From assembly GCA_016929805.1 (NCBI GenBank), contig JAFGIB010000456.1, positions 7,573-71,572 on the forward strand: 64,000 nt of DNA. Direction: 5' to 3'. The DNA comes from Deltaproteobacteria bacterium (lineage in GTDB: Bacteria > Myxococcota_A > Polyangia > Polyangiales > JAFGIB01). The notes under the pieces were generated by a model. That model did no database searches. It was given only the letters and a program-made list of their open reading frames with translations, and was not told where the DNA came from. The first letter of the stretch is position 1; every line of letters begins with the position of its first letter. Positions 17,958 to 27,755 of this stretch are shown one piece after another. A program made the position numbers and the translations under genes.

Positions 17958-18602
17958 ATGAGAAGGTTATTTATTTTATCGACTATATCGGCTGTTGCCT
18001 TCGGCTTCGTCCCGGCGAGCTCGGTGAGCGCCGATGAAGGTGACGAAGCCTCACACGGGTACGCCGCGATGGCGGTGCAAAACCGCCTGTACACGCAGAC
18101 CGGTGAGCTGACGGCGTTCGTGGGTGTTTTACCGATGGATGCCTTTACCAAAGGGCTAACGCTCAGCGCGGCGTATACGCACCATTTTTCAGATCATTGG
18201 GCGTGGGAAGTCGTTCATTTCTTTTACTCCTTTCACATCGAGACCGATTTGCGCGACGATCTAGAAGCTTTCGATCTCGGTCCAATTCCATTTGAGGTTA
18301 TCGAACATCAAATGGTTACGAGCAACGCGGTTTTCAAGCCCGTGTATTGGAAGGGTTCGGTTTACAACGATTCGTTGATCTACGGAGAGCTGATGGTCTT
18401 GGCGGGCGCGGGATACGCGTGGTTCACGCGCTCAGAACGTATGGCCGTGGATCTCGGTATCGCAATGCGCGTTTATGTAAGCGGTTTGCTGTCCTTTCGC
18501 GTCGACGTACGGCACCATATATTCTTTGACGATGAGATCTTCAAACAGGCGAACTTAGACCATGAACTTTGGATTGGCCTCGGCACGTCGATTTCGTTTT
18601 AA
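17958..18602 (+). CDS. outer-membrane beta-barrel protein of the GltA/GltB/NfsA/NfsB type
   Basis: 214-aa ORF with signal peptide FILSTISAVAFGFVPASSVSA. VQNRLYTQTGELTAFVGVLPMDAFTKGLTLSAAYTHHF and the terminal ...GLGTSISF (C-terminal Phe) match my memory of the myxobacterial OMP family that contains GltA/B. Confidence 0.65.
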   Translation: MRRLFILSTISAVAFGFVPASSVSADEGDEASHGYAAMAVQNRLYTQTGELTAFVGVLPMDAFTKGLTLSAAYTHHFSDHWAWEVVHFFYSFHIETDLRDDLEAFDLGPIPFEVIEHQMVTSNAVFKPVYWKGSVYNDSLIYGELMVLAGAGYAWFTRSERMAVDLGIAMRVYVSGLLSFRVDVRHHIFFDDEIFKQANLDHELWIGLGTSISF

Positions 18603-20025
18603 CCGACGCGCGTGGATTTTGTCCGCGTGCCTCGCTTCTATCGTCGTTTGCAACGGCTGCGGCGGGGCCTCCACGCAAAACGGTAAGGAATTATCCTTCA
18701 GTCGTGCGGTCGAGGCATCCTTAGACGAATCCTGGGAGTCCGCGGCCGAAGCTGCTTTTAATTATATAAAAAAATCCTCGCCCGATGAGCTGCGATACGA
18801 TAGGGCGCTCTTAATGCTCGCGCAGGCGGCGGAACGTTTGGGTTTTTCCTATGCGGCTTCGCTTTGGTACCTTGACATCGCGCAAGCGCGGAGAAACATC
18901 GAACTACTCGACAAGTCGATAGCGGGCCTCGAACGCATTATCATGAAAGGTCCCCACGACGAAACGACGCTCGTACGGGGGGTTCTCGCCACCGCTGATA
19001 TTACTGATCTATCGGCGGACAAGCTGGCTTTCATCAATTATCTCCAGGGGCTATACAACGTTCGGGACGGATTGGACGCATGGGCGGACCGTCAGTTCGG
19101 CGGGATCGCGCCGGCGAGGTCGTATTCTCATAGGGCGCACTATATCCAGGCGGTTCGGGATCTCGAACGCAAACAATGGTCTCAAGCACGACGAAGGTTA
19201 ACACGGCTGTTAAAGCATGCCAAATTGCAGGAAGAGATTCGCAATCAGGCGGAGTTGGCGCTGGCGCGTTTATCGATGGAAGAAGCGCGCTATCCGCAAG
19301 CTATCAAACACTATAAACGCGTAAAGCGGCTTGCGCCGAGTCATCCGGAGCTGTTGCTAGAGATGGCCTGGGCATATTACTATAGCGGAGCGGCCAAGCG
19401 CGCGCTCGGTCTATTAATCGCGCTTGACGCTCCGATTTACATGGAGTTGATCGCGCCGGAACGGTTCTTGTTAGAGGCGTTCTGTCTGCGGCAGTTATGC
19501 CAATTCGAGCCGGCTAGAATCGCGGCTGTACGCCTGCGAGAACGTTACGGCGAGGCATTATCCGATCTATCCTCGGGATTGTCGCCCATCGAATCGGCCT
19601 CCCTTCGAATCGGAGCTCGCCAGCGCGGCGGAGCGCGTCGATTGTGGCTCTTGTTGGAAAGAGTTCGCGTGGAAAAAGCGTCGGTCGACGGCCTTGCAAT
19701 AGGAGAGTCATTATCCAAAGAGCTTAAAAGAGTCTACGAAGTCGGCGACCAAGAAATACAGCAGCGCCTAGAACAGGCGTTGGAAATCGAAAGCGAAATT
19801 TTGGCCGACGAGCTCATCGCGGCAGAAAGAGGCGTACAGTTAATATTGCACGAGCTAAGCGTCGGTTTGCTGCGAGGCCGCTCGAGACCTCCCGGTATCG
19901 AGTCGACAATCGAACCCAACAGGGAATCGGAAGAATCGGACGTTTCCTATTCTTTCGTCGGTGAGTTTTGGACGGACGAATTAGATAGCCTGGTCGTTAA
20001 TATTCCGGATCGATGTCTAAAATAG
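18562..20025 (+). CDS. TPR-like lipoprotein, GltC/NfsC-like
   Basis: 487-aa ORF with lipobox VVCNGCGG and helical-repeat content. It overlaps the barrel gene stop by 41 nt and the next gene start by 13 nt, which suggests translational coupling. Confidence 0.6.
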   Translation: MNFGLASARRFRFNRRAWILSACLASIVVCNGCGGASTQNGKELSFSRAVEASLDESWESAAEAAFNYIKKSSPDELRYDRALLMLAQAAERLGFSYAASLWYLDIAQARRNIELLDKSIAGLERIIMKGPHDETTLVRGVLATADITDLSADKLAFINYLQGLYNVRDGLDAWADRQFGGIAPARSYSHRAHYIQAVRDLERKQWSQARRRLTRLLKHAKLQEEIRNQAELALARLSMEEARYPQAIKHYKRVKRLAPSHPELLLEMAWAYYYSGAAKRALGLLIALDAPIYMELIAPERFLLEAFCLRQLCQFEPARIAAVRLRERYGEALSDLSSGLSPIESASLRIGARQRGGARRLWLLLERVRVEKASVDGLAIGESLSKELKRVYEVGDQEIQQRLEQALEIESEILADELIAAERGVQLILHELSVGLLRGRSRPPGIESTIEPNRESEESDVSYSFVGEFWTDELDSLVVNIPDRCLK

Positions 20026-23000
20026 TAAAAAGATATTGGGTTAACTTCGCGGGATTATTTCTCGTTTGCGCTGCCGGATGCGCGCAGCAGCAGGTGACCG
20101 TTCGCGACGCCGCATACGTGGAGATTTTAAGGGTAAAGATCTCGAAAGTGCGCAACGCCATCGAGGAAACGCGCGAAACCATAATCAGCGCGCGCAACGC
20201 GCGCTACCTGCCGGAGCTGTATCTGAGACTAGCCGAGTTGTTGAGCGAAGAGGCGCAATACCATCACCGGCTGGCCTATGAGCGTGAGCAAGGTGGCGGC
20301 AAAGCGCTGCACGTCCCGCAAGTAAGGCTGCTTAAGGAACAAGCGATAGGGGTTTATAAACAGCTTTTACACAAGTATCCAAGGACGGCATTGGCGGATC
20401 AAGTGCTGTTTAATATCGGGCAAGAGCAGCGCGAATTGGGTAATTTTACCGAAATGCAGCAATACCTGCAGCAAATTGTAAAGGAGTATCCCGATAGTCC
20501 CTTAAAGGGAGAGGCTCTGCTCGTGCTAGGCGATTATTACTTTGATAAGGGCGAGGTGGCGGAATCGCGTATTTACTATGAGCAAATTACCAAGGATAAG
20601 CCGAGTCGGGTAACGGGCTTGGCGTATTATAAATTGGCTTGGGTTTGGGTGAACCTAAATGAATGCGATAAGGCGATCGCGGCATTTGAAGGCGCGCTTC
20701 ATACGGCCCGCGCAGCGGATCAGAAAAAAAAGGCCGGCGCGAAAGGAAGCGCGACGAATGCCGGCCGCGAGCCGGATGACGGGCGATACGCCGAGGACGG
20801 CGCGCATACGGATAATGGCTCGAAAAAGGAAGTATCGAACCAGGGGATCGACGTCCGTCACGCGGCCTTGGTCGACCTCGCGTACTGTTATAGCCTAGAG
20901 CGAAAACCGGAAAACTCGGTGCGATATTTTCGCTCTTTGGCGCGCGATAGGACGACTTATGTCGAGGCGTTAGAAAAATTGGCCAGGCGGTATGGAGTTA
21001 TGAGCGAGGCCAAAGGATCGATTTTAGTGACGCGCGAACTGCTAAGACTCGGACCGATTAACGAAGAGCGCATCGATGACGTTAAGCAACTTCATGCCGC
21101 CTTGCGGGAGGCGAAGGACTATACGGCGGTGGGCAGCGACAGCCTGCTAATCGCGAGCGTCCTGGCCGCATACTGCTCGCGAGCTGATGTTTCGGATCGC
21201 GTTCGCGCTGAGATGAAGAAACAATTCGAGCTGTTTATACGCGATTTATTAACGCGCGCGCAAGAACGGCTCGAACGGCCGCAGCAGGAACGGCAGGTCG
21301 AGCGAGCGATGGAAATCGCGCGGGGCTATCGTGTTTATCTTCATGCTTTCCCGCAATCGAAAGCCTACCTCGACATGCTGCTCAATATAACCGACGTTCT
21401 CATTTTGGCGAAAGACCACTTGGAAGCTGGTCGACGCTTGCTTCAAGCGGCTTTCATGGTCGATCCGAGGGATGAGCGGCGGCGTGACATTTTGTACGAT
21501 GCGGTCGTGAGTCTTCAGAATTTTTTACACACCAAGCGAACCGATGTTAGTGATCTCGAATGGGTGCTCGCGCGTTCCGGTCTCAGACGGGCGGCGTCTG
21601 AATTGCTTCGCTATCCGCTACACGAGGACAAGATACGAACCGTTAAATTCGCGATCGCCATGACTTATTACGATGAAGGCAATCTGAGCGAGGCTGTTGA
21701 TCGGTTCACGGCTTTGGCCTATGAGTATCCCGGTAGTGAAGAGTCGGAGATATCGATTCGGCTCATACTTGACGCGTTCGACACGCTCTCGGATTTCGAC
21801 TCGCTGATGCGGGCCGCGCAACAGTTTTTAGCGAGCGACAGCCCCGCGGGCCAGGAACTACGCCGGCAGATATCCCCGCTGCTTGGCGCGGCTCAGCAGC
21901 GAAAACTCGACGAGGTATCGCTTGAGGCTGCGGGAGACGAAGGCGGCGGGCTCGACATGCTGGTCAGTTTTGCTCGCTATAATCAAGGCACGTCCCTGGG
22001 GGAGCGCGCGCTGCTCAACGCTTTCCTGGCGGCACGCGCGCAAGGCGATAGCGAGCAACTCTATAAGCTTGGAGAGGCGATTATACGTTTGTATCCCTCA
22101 AGTGAACAACTCCCCGGCTTGTTATCGACGATCGGGCAGATGGCCGTAGCCCGTTTCGAAATCGACCGGGCGATTGCGTTTTTGGCGCGCGCGGTTAAGA
22201 TCCGTCACCCGCAACAGGTAAGACTATTGGTTACTGCGGGGGAGCTCGAAGAGCAGCTCGGCAGCCGCGACCAGTCTAGACTTCGGTATCAGGAAGCGAT
22301 TCGCGCGACAGACAACAGGGGACGAGCGGAAGCGCTGGAACATCTGGCTAAACTTTTGGAACAAGAAGGCGACGCCAATAGGATGGTCGCCGAACTCGCT
22401 CCTTATAAGGAAGATAACAACCCCGAAGCTCTATCTCGTCTCGCCTTAGCACAATTAGCCCTGGGAAAGATCCAAGAGGCGGAGACCAATTTGCAGAACG
22501 TGTTGTCGGCTAGCGCTTCAGCCTCCTCGGAAGCGCTCGCGCGCGCGCACCATGGGGTAGCGGAGATTATGTTCGCCAATTCCCTAGGCTATGGGGAATT
22601 AAACAGCTTAGAAATGGTGGAGGAATACGTTGCGGTGGTTGAAGCGATTCAACAATCCTATCTCAACGCGGCGCGAGAGGGTAGCCTGACGTATACACCC
22701 GTGGCGTTAGGTCGATTGGCGTTCATGTCGAGGGCTGCGGCGCAAAGGTTTCGCACCGCGAACATACCCCAACAAGGGTTGAGCCCGGTACAGCATCAAC
22801 AAGTCGTGTCCGCGTTGCAAAGGCGAGCCGAGCAGCTCGAGCAGAGCGCGCAGGAAGCTCTCACGGCCTGCGCGAATCAGTCTTTCGCGCAGCGTTCTTT
22901 CGGCCCCGCCGCGCGATCTTGCTTGTCCGGCCGGGCCTGGGACAGGGTGTTGGCGGGGTTTGATAAATTCGCGCGACGAACCAGTAAGAGCGAGCCTGCT

Positions 23001-23366
23001 GGTCTAGAAGAACTACGCAAGCGCTTGTCGCGAAACGCGGATGATATCGAGGCCTTGCGGGAGCTTGGCTCTAGGTTTTTGAGAGCGGGAGATCCTCATT
23101 ACGCTCGTCTGGTCTTTGCCGCGGCAATTGAGCGCGGCGGCGGCGCGGTCGACGCGAATCTATTGGGCATCGCAGAAAATGACGTGCAGAACTATAGCGG
23201 CGCGCTTTCCGCATTCGCCCGCGCGGCTGAGGGCGGACTCGAAGCGGGACGGCAAAACTTGGCTACGCTCTTGCGTAAGCTCGGGCTTAATGCCGCTGCT
23301 GAAGATGCGATAAAACGCTATCCGGTCGGACAATCGGGTGGTCAACTTCTCTCCAAGGGTAGATAG
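20013..23366 (+). CDS. very large TPR lipoprotein, GltD(AgmU)/NfsD-like
   Basis: 1117-aa ORF with lipobox LFLVCAAGC. TPR-type repeats run throughout (e.g. ALADQVLFNIGQEQRELGNFTEMQQYLQQIVKEYPDSPLKGEALLVLGDYYF). The size and the position after a GltC-like gene match AgmU/NfsD. Confidence 0.65.
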   Translation: MSKIVKRYWVNFAGLFLVCAAGCAQQQVTVRDAAYVEILRVKISKVRNAIEETRETIISARNARYLPELYLRLAELLSEEAQYHHRLAYEREQGGGKALHVPQVRLLKEQAIGVYKQLLHKYPRTALADQVLFNIGQEQRELGNFTEMQQYLQQIVKEYPDSPLKGEALLVLGDYYFDKGEVAESRIYYEQITKDKPSRVTGLAYYKLAWVWVNLNECDKAIAAFEGALHTARAADQKKKAGAKGSATNAGREPDDGRYAEDGAHTDNGSKKEVSNQGIDVRHAALVDLAYCYSLERKPENSVRYFRSLARDRTTYVEALEKLARRYGVMSEAKGSILVTRELLRLGPINEERIDDVKQLHAALREAKDYTAVGSDSLLIASVLAAYCSRADVSDRVRAEMKKQFELFIRDLLTRAQERLERPQQERQVERAMEIARGYRVYLHAFPQSKAYLDMLLNITDVLILAKDHLEAGRRLLQAAFMVDPRDERRRDILYDAVVSLQNFLHTKRTDVSDLEWVLARSGLRRAASELLRYPLHEDKIRTVKFAIAMTYYDEGNLSEAVDRFTALAYEYPGSEESEISIRLILDAFDTLSDFDSLMRAAQQFLASDSPAGQELRRQISPLLGAAQQRKLDEVSLEAAGDEGGGLDMLVSFARYNQGTSLGERALLNAFLAARAQGDSEQLYKLGEAIIRLYPSSEQLPGLLSTIGQMAVARFEIDRAIAFLARAVKIRHPQQVRLLVTAGELEEQLGSRDQSRLRYQEAIRATDNRGRAEALEHLAKLLEQEGDANRMVAELAPYKEDNNPEALSRLALAQLALGKIQEAETNLQNVLSASASASSEALARAHHGVAEIMFANSLGYGELNSLEMVEEYVAVVEAIQQSYLNAAREGSLTYTPVALGRLAFMSRAAAQRFRTANIPQQGLSPVQHQQVVSALQRRAEQLEQSAQEALTACANQSFAQRSFGPAARSCLSGRAWDRVLAGFDKFARRTSKSEPAGLEELRKRLSRNADDIEALRELGSRFLRAGDPHYARLVFAAAIERGGGAVDANLLGIAENDVQNYSGALSAFARAAEGGLEAGRQNLATLLRKLGLNAAAEDAIKRYPVGQSGGQLLSKGR

Positions 23367-23369
23367 GCT

Positions 23370-24095
23370 ATGCGCCGTTTTTCGCGCATCTGGATGAAAA
23401 GAACGAGTTTGCTTGTACTAGCGACTTTTATCGCTTTCGGTTTTGCCTGCGGTTCCCAACAGGTCGAACCGCTCGATCCCAACGACTCGACTCTTCCGCA
23501 AGATACGAGGAGATGGATTGCGGCGGCCGAGGACGGTGTCGTCGCGGCCCGCGCGCGACGCGATGCGGCAAAAGAGCGACTAGAACGGGCCCGCGCGAGA
23601 CAGAAGCGTATGTTGGACGAAATCGACTTCGGCTCTAAAGGCGCTAAAGTCGTCGATTCCATGAACGCTCGCTTCGAGCGACACCAAGACTATTTGGAAG
23701 CGCAACTCGATCGCGCCGAGGCGCTTCTCGCACTGGCGGAAGCTAAGTACGAACTCGCGACCGCGGAGCAGGCTATTATACACGATATCGCGCGTTACGA
23801 TGTAGAAGAGATCAAACAGAAAGTCGAGCATGCGCGCCGACAGCTACAAGATGTCCGGAACCGTTTGCGTCAAACTCGGGAATCCCTCGACCGAACCACG
23901 ACGCGCTTTTGGCAGGTGTACGCCCAATATTTAAAGGAAGGAGGCGACGCGTTGCGTTTCTGGACCGGTAAAGGGCCGTCGATGTCAATCGCACGGTCCG
24001 CACCCAAAACCGGCACGGATGCTAAACCTCAAGAGCAATCGGTCAATCCCCGTTCCAATGTCAATCCAAAGGATTTGCCCTCGAACCCCTTTTAG
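23370..24095 (+). CDS. coiled-coil lipoprotein, last gene of the Glt-like operon
   Basis: 241-aa ORF with lipobox FIAFGFACGS and heptad-like charged helices (ARRDAAKERLERARARQKRMLDE...). It starts 3 nt after the previous stop. Confidence 0.55.
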   Translation: MRRFSRIWMKRTSLLVLATFIAFGFACGSQQVEPLDPNDSTLPQDTRRWIAAAEDGVVAARARRDAAKERLERARARQKRMLDEIDFGSKGAKVVDSMNARFERHQDYLEAQLDRAEALLALAEAKYELATAEQAIIHDIARYDVEEIKQKVEHARRQLQDVRNRLRQTRESLDRTTTRFWQVYAQYLKEGGDALRFWTGKGPSMSIARSAPKTGTDAKPQEQSVNPRSNVNPKDLPSNPF

Positions 24096-24170
24096 ATCGA
24101 TATCCGTCTCATCGGAACCAGAGTCCGCTATAGGATGTGAATAGTGAACCTGATGTCGGTTTCCTTTTTT

Positions 24171-24284
24171 TAACTTTGCAAAAGCCGTCGAACGGAAACG
24201 CTAAAAAAGCGAGCGCCGGCTTGGCTATCGCTATTTTTCGCTAGCGAAGAGCTTTGCGCTTACGGAGTTATAGCAATGGTAAGG
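24171..24284 (-). repeat. family-1 foldback repeat, short copy (both termini, internal deletion)
   Basis: taactttgcaaaagccgtcgaacggaaacgctaaaaaagc ... cgctagcgaagagctttgcgcttacggagttatagcaatggtaagg. Confidence 0.7.
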
Positions 24285-24683
24285 CTTAATAGGCCCGCCA
24301 ACGCGTACTCCCGGGCGACGAAGCATATTCGTTGTATATCGTTTATTCGCTTTATTATTCAGAATCAAGAGTAATGTCTACGCTGAGCAACTAACATAGG
24401 AGCGATGATCCACGGCGCGACCTACGGGCCGATCTTCTCTACGCGCTAAAAGATCTGACCACATGTGGTTACGAGCTTACAAAATCGTCGACACACTCAT
24501 TATCTTGCTGGTTGTCCTGGCGCGTAAGAGATCCGGGCCCTATGTGGTATATACCGCGGAGTAGGAACAACGAGTTGTTTTAATAGGCGACCTGTTATTC
24601 GTTTTTAAGAAAGCGCATACACGGAAGAATCGCATCTATAGAAAGATGCTGGAAAGACCTGCTCTGCGCGCTATCTATATTAT

Positions 24684-24872
24684 CCTTAACCTTGCTAAAA
24701 CTCCGCCGGCGTAAAGCGCTTCGCCGCGAAAAACAGCGCGAACTAAGGGTGTGCTCACTTTTTTTGGACTTCACTTAGGGTGCACTGAGCTCGGGTCCAA
24801 AAAGAGTTCCGCGCGCCCGTATTTCATCGCTTTTATCGCGTTTCCGCTCGACGTTTTTGGCAACGTCAGGGT
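24684..24872 (+). repeat. family-1 foldback repeat, full copy
   Basis: It is near-identical over ~190 bp to 45668..45859. Shared stretches are ccttaac.ttg..aaaac.ccg.cggcgtaaagcgcttcgc...ctaagggtgtgctcactttttttggac.tcacttagggtgcac...cgtttccgctcgacgttttt.gcaacgt.a.ggt. Confidence 0.9.
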
Positions 24873-25067
24873 TATTTATCCCTACTCAAAGGACGAAAAA
24901 GATCTTTTTTGAATTGCTCGTATGCTCCGAATTCTAATAGACTTAAAAAATGCGTAAAATGACGTTATCCTATTTTGGGAAATAAAAACTCTTTTAGTCA
25001 CTTCTCAAGGGTTTGCATAATTTCCAAATTGTCCTTATCAGGTGGGCAGCTGATGGGTTAAGCTTTT

Positions 25068-25829
25068 ATGGCGAGGCAGTTTTACAAGAAACGAGATCGC
25101 GTATTATTAGTAGACGACGAGCTTACAGTCGCTTGGAGTATTGGGCGCTATTTGACCCGAGCGGGTTTTTCGATTTCCGCCTGTGGCTCTGTATCGGAAG
25201 CTCTCGAACTACTCAATTCAAAATCCTATGACGTGGTTATAACGGATATTCATATGCCCGGAACGAGCGGGCTGGTGCTGATCGATTGGATTCGTGATAA
25301 TCGACCCAATATGCGAGTCGTAACCATAACGGGGTTCGGCTCGCCCGCTCTGCACAAGATCGCGATGGAAAAAGGCTCAATACTCTATTTGGATAAGCCC
25401 GTCGATGTCGAATATCTTGTAAATGTGTTAAGAAATGACGGCAACTGCAGTACCTTTTGGGGAAGCATCGGAGGAATTGATATTTTCGATTACATACAAT
25501 TAATATTGATGACGAGACAAAAATTTATCGTAGAAATCGCCTCTAAAGAAGGCGTCTACGGAAAAGTATTTTTGAATCAGGGGGACGTGGAACACGCCGT
25601 CTGCGACGATATTACGGGAGAAGAGGCTTTTTATCGGATACTCGGTTTTAAAGGCGGACGTTTTACCACCATCCCCTGGTTGGAGCCCGTAGAGAAAACC
25701 ATCCATCTATCCGGCGATTTTCTGATGATGGAAGCGGCTCGAAAGAAAGACGAGCGGGATATTAACACGCCTGCCGATGCAGGCCAATCGCGAGACGCGG
25801 ACGCGTTCGAGGAGAAGAAATATGTCTAG
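25068..25829 (+). CDS. response regulator: receiver domain fused to a PATAN/DUF4388 domain
   Basis: 253-aa ORF. The receiver region is ILLVDDE...DVVITDIHMPGTSG...TITGFG...YLDKP. The C-terminal half (GSIGGIDIFDYIQLILMTRQKFIVEIAS..GKVFLNQGDVEHAVCDDITGEEAFYRILGFKGGRFT) is DUF4388-like. Confidence 0.85.
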   Translation: MARQFYKKRDRVLLVDDELTVAWSIGRYLTRAGFSISACGSVSEALELLNSKSYDVVITDIHMPGTSGLVLIDWIRDNRPNMRVVTITGFGSPALHKIAMEKGSILYLDKPVDVEYLVNVLRNDGNCSTFWGSIGGIDIFDYIQLILMTRQKFIVEIASKEGVYGKVFLNQGDVEHAVCDDITGEEAFYRILGFKGGRFTTIPWLEPVEKTIHLSGDFLMMEAARKKDERDINTPADAGQSRDADAFEEKKYV

Positions 25830-25907
25830 GCGGATGCGTAGCTCGAGCTTTAAAACCGTATTTACGACGTCGGCATACGCGTCAAGATAGAGAAGACGGG
25901 GAGGGTT

Positions 25908-26399
25908 ATGAAGGCCTTAACCATGGAAACATCGAATATAAACACACAAAAGCTTTCGGATGTGCTGAGCGACTTTATAGCCGAGACCGATTCAATCGTC
26001 GCTCTTCTGTTGAATAAGGACGGTACCGCCATCGCCTCCGCGGGCAGCGAAAACGCGATCGATACGACGGCGATGGCCGCCTTGATAGCCGGAATGTTTT
26101 CCGCGACGCGAGAGGTGGCGAAGATGGTTGGAGAGCATCAGTTTTCCATCCTTCTTCAGCAGGGAGAAAAAAGGCACATCCATATTTCGCTCGTTAATGA
26201 GCACGTTATGATGGCGGTGGTATTTGAGGGATTTCATCGAATCGGACGTATCAGATATGAGTCGAGAAAAGCATGTAAAACGATCGGGGCGGCTCTGGCG
26301 ATTACCGACCAGACGAATAACAACCAAAAAGTTATCTCAATTCCCGAGTTCAAGGAGGTCGCTCTGAACCTTATAGATAGTATATTTACCAACAAATAG
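25908..26399 (+). CDS. mglB: MglB-type Roadblock/LC7 protein (GAP partner of MglA)
   Basis: 163-aa ORF with RBS ggggagg. ALLLNKDGTAIASAGSENAIDTTAMAALIAGMFSATREVAKMVGE...HIHISLVNEHVMMAVVF...GRIRYESRKA parallels M. xanthus MglB. It lies immediately upstream of mglA, as in Myxococcus. Confidence 0.85.
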   Translation: MKALTMETSNINTQKLSDVLSDFIAETDSIVALLLNKDGTAIASAGSENAIDTTAMAALIAGMFSATREVAKMVGEHQFSILLQQGEKRHIHISLVNEHVMMAVVFEGFHRIGRIRYESRKACKTIGAALAITDQTNNNQKVISIPEFKEVALNLIDSIFTNK

Positions 26400-26408
26400 G
26401 GCCGAGAG

Positions 26409-26990
26409 ATGCCGTTTATCAACTACGAAAATAGAGAGATCTCGTTTAAAATCGTATATTACGGGCCGGGCATGAGCGGCAAGACGAGTAATATCATTTT
26501 CGTGCATAAAACCATAGCTGAAGACAAAAGAGGAGAGTTGATATCCCTTAAGACGTCAGAAGAGAGGACGTTGTTTTTCGATTTCTTTCCTCTAGAGCTC
26601 GGTCATATCGCCACGTTTTCGGTACGCTTTAATATGTATACGCTGCCCGGGCAAATATATTATGAGGCCAGCCGTCGTTTGATTTTGGACGGCGCCGACG
26701 GCGTGGTTTTTGTAGCTGACTCGCAGCGTTCGCGATACGAAAGAAACATTCTTCATTATCAACTGTTAGAAAAGAATCTAATGCTGTATAAAATAAATCC
26801 AAAGGCGTTTCCCATAGTTCTGCAGTACAATAAGAGGGACTGCGATACGCCGATCGAGATAGGTACGATCGAAAAGCAATTAGGGCTCGAAGACGTACCC
26901 GTTTTCGAGGCGGTTGCAACCAGGGGCGACGGGGTACTCGAGACGATACGAGAATTATCACGAAGGGTTATCAGCCAATTTGAGGTATGA
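26409..26990 (+). CDS. mglA: MglA-family Ras-like small GTPase
   Basis: 193-aa ORF. MPFINYENREISFKIVYYGPGMSGKTSN (P-loop) and RTLFFDFFPLELG are present. YTLPGQ shows the MglA-specific Thr in place of the Asp of DxxGQ. VVFVADSQ and LQYNKRD (NKxD) are also present. It is near-collinear with M. xanthus MglA as I recall it. Confidence 0.92.
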   Translation: MPFINYENREISFKIVYYGPGMSGKTSNIIFVHKTIAEDKRGELISLKTSEERTLFFDFFPLELGHIATFSVRFNMYTLPGQIYYEASRRLILDGADGVVFVADSQRSRYERNILHYQLLEKNLMLYKINPKAFPIVLQYNKRDCDTPIEIGTIEKQLGLEDVPVFEAVATRGDGVLETIRELSRRVISQFEV

Positions 26991-27043
26991 GAGTGAGGAT
27001 ATTTTTTACTTTGCTTAAATATATTTGACAGAGAGAGTATAAC

Positions 27044-27748
27044 ATGACGCTGCGCGGTTCATTGTCGGATCTAGGATCAGTACAACTCGTGCAATTCCCG
27101 TATAACGGAAGGAAAACGGGCGAGCTATTTATATCTAACCGCAACGCGGAAGCCCGTTTCTATTACCACGAGGGAAACCTCATTCACGCCGCGACTGGAA
27201 AGAAAACCGGAATAGATGTGTTGATCGATGTACTCGGCTGGACAGATGGAGAATTTGAATTTCGGACGGGCGTACGGCCTGAACGTCGGTCGATCGAACA
27301 AGATCTACACCAGGTTTTAATGATGGCTTTGGTAGCCAAAGACGAGAGAGAGCGGAGAAATAGCCAAATGCACGAAGAGAAATCACCGGAATTGATCAAA
27401 AAACGCATACAAAAGCTGCTAGACGAATTCGTAACATCCACGACGTACGTCCAATATAGCTATATTCAGGATTCCAACACGAATGTTATCGCTATATCCC
27501 GAGCGCTTCAATCACGCGATAACCTGAAAAGAATGCAGGATACGATATCTTCTTTTGTTCGATCGTACCCCGGTGAGCTCGGTCGAGCGTTTTTCGAGAG
27601 CGAAGAAGGCATGATTACAATTATGAGGCTAGTTGGGAAACGTTATCTTATTATGTTTACGAATCCGGAGGCAAGTCTTGGGATGATCACGGTGAAGGCG
27701 GGCAAGCTCGCCGCGTCTTTAGATGAAACACTGAGCCCAAAAGAGTGA
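27044..27748 (+). CDS. PATAN/DUF4388 domain fused to a Roadblock/LC7-like domain
   Basis: 234-aa ORF. The N-terminus is LRGSLSDLGSVQLVQFPYNGRKTGELFISN...GNLIHAATGKKTGIDVLIDVLGWTDGEFEF (DUF4388). The C-terminus is ...GRAFFESEEGMITIMRLVGKRYLIMFTNPEASLGMITVKAGKL (Roadblock-like). Confidence 0.75.
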   Translation: MTLRGSLSDLGSVQLVQFPYNGRKTGELFISNRNAEARFYYHEGNLIHAATGKKTGIDVLIDVLGWTDGEFEFRTGVRPERRSIEQDLHQVLMMALVAKDERERRNSQMHEEKSPELIKKRIQKLLDEFVTSTTYVQYSYIQDSNTNVIAISRALQSRDNLKRMQDTISSFVRSYPGELGRAFFESEEGMITIMRLVGKRYLIMFTNPEASLGMITVKAGKLAASLDETLSPKE

Positions 27749-27755
27749 ACGCGAG

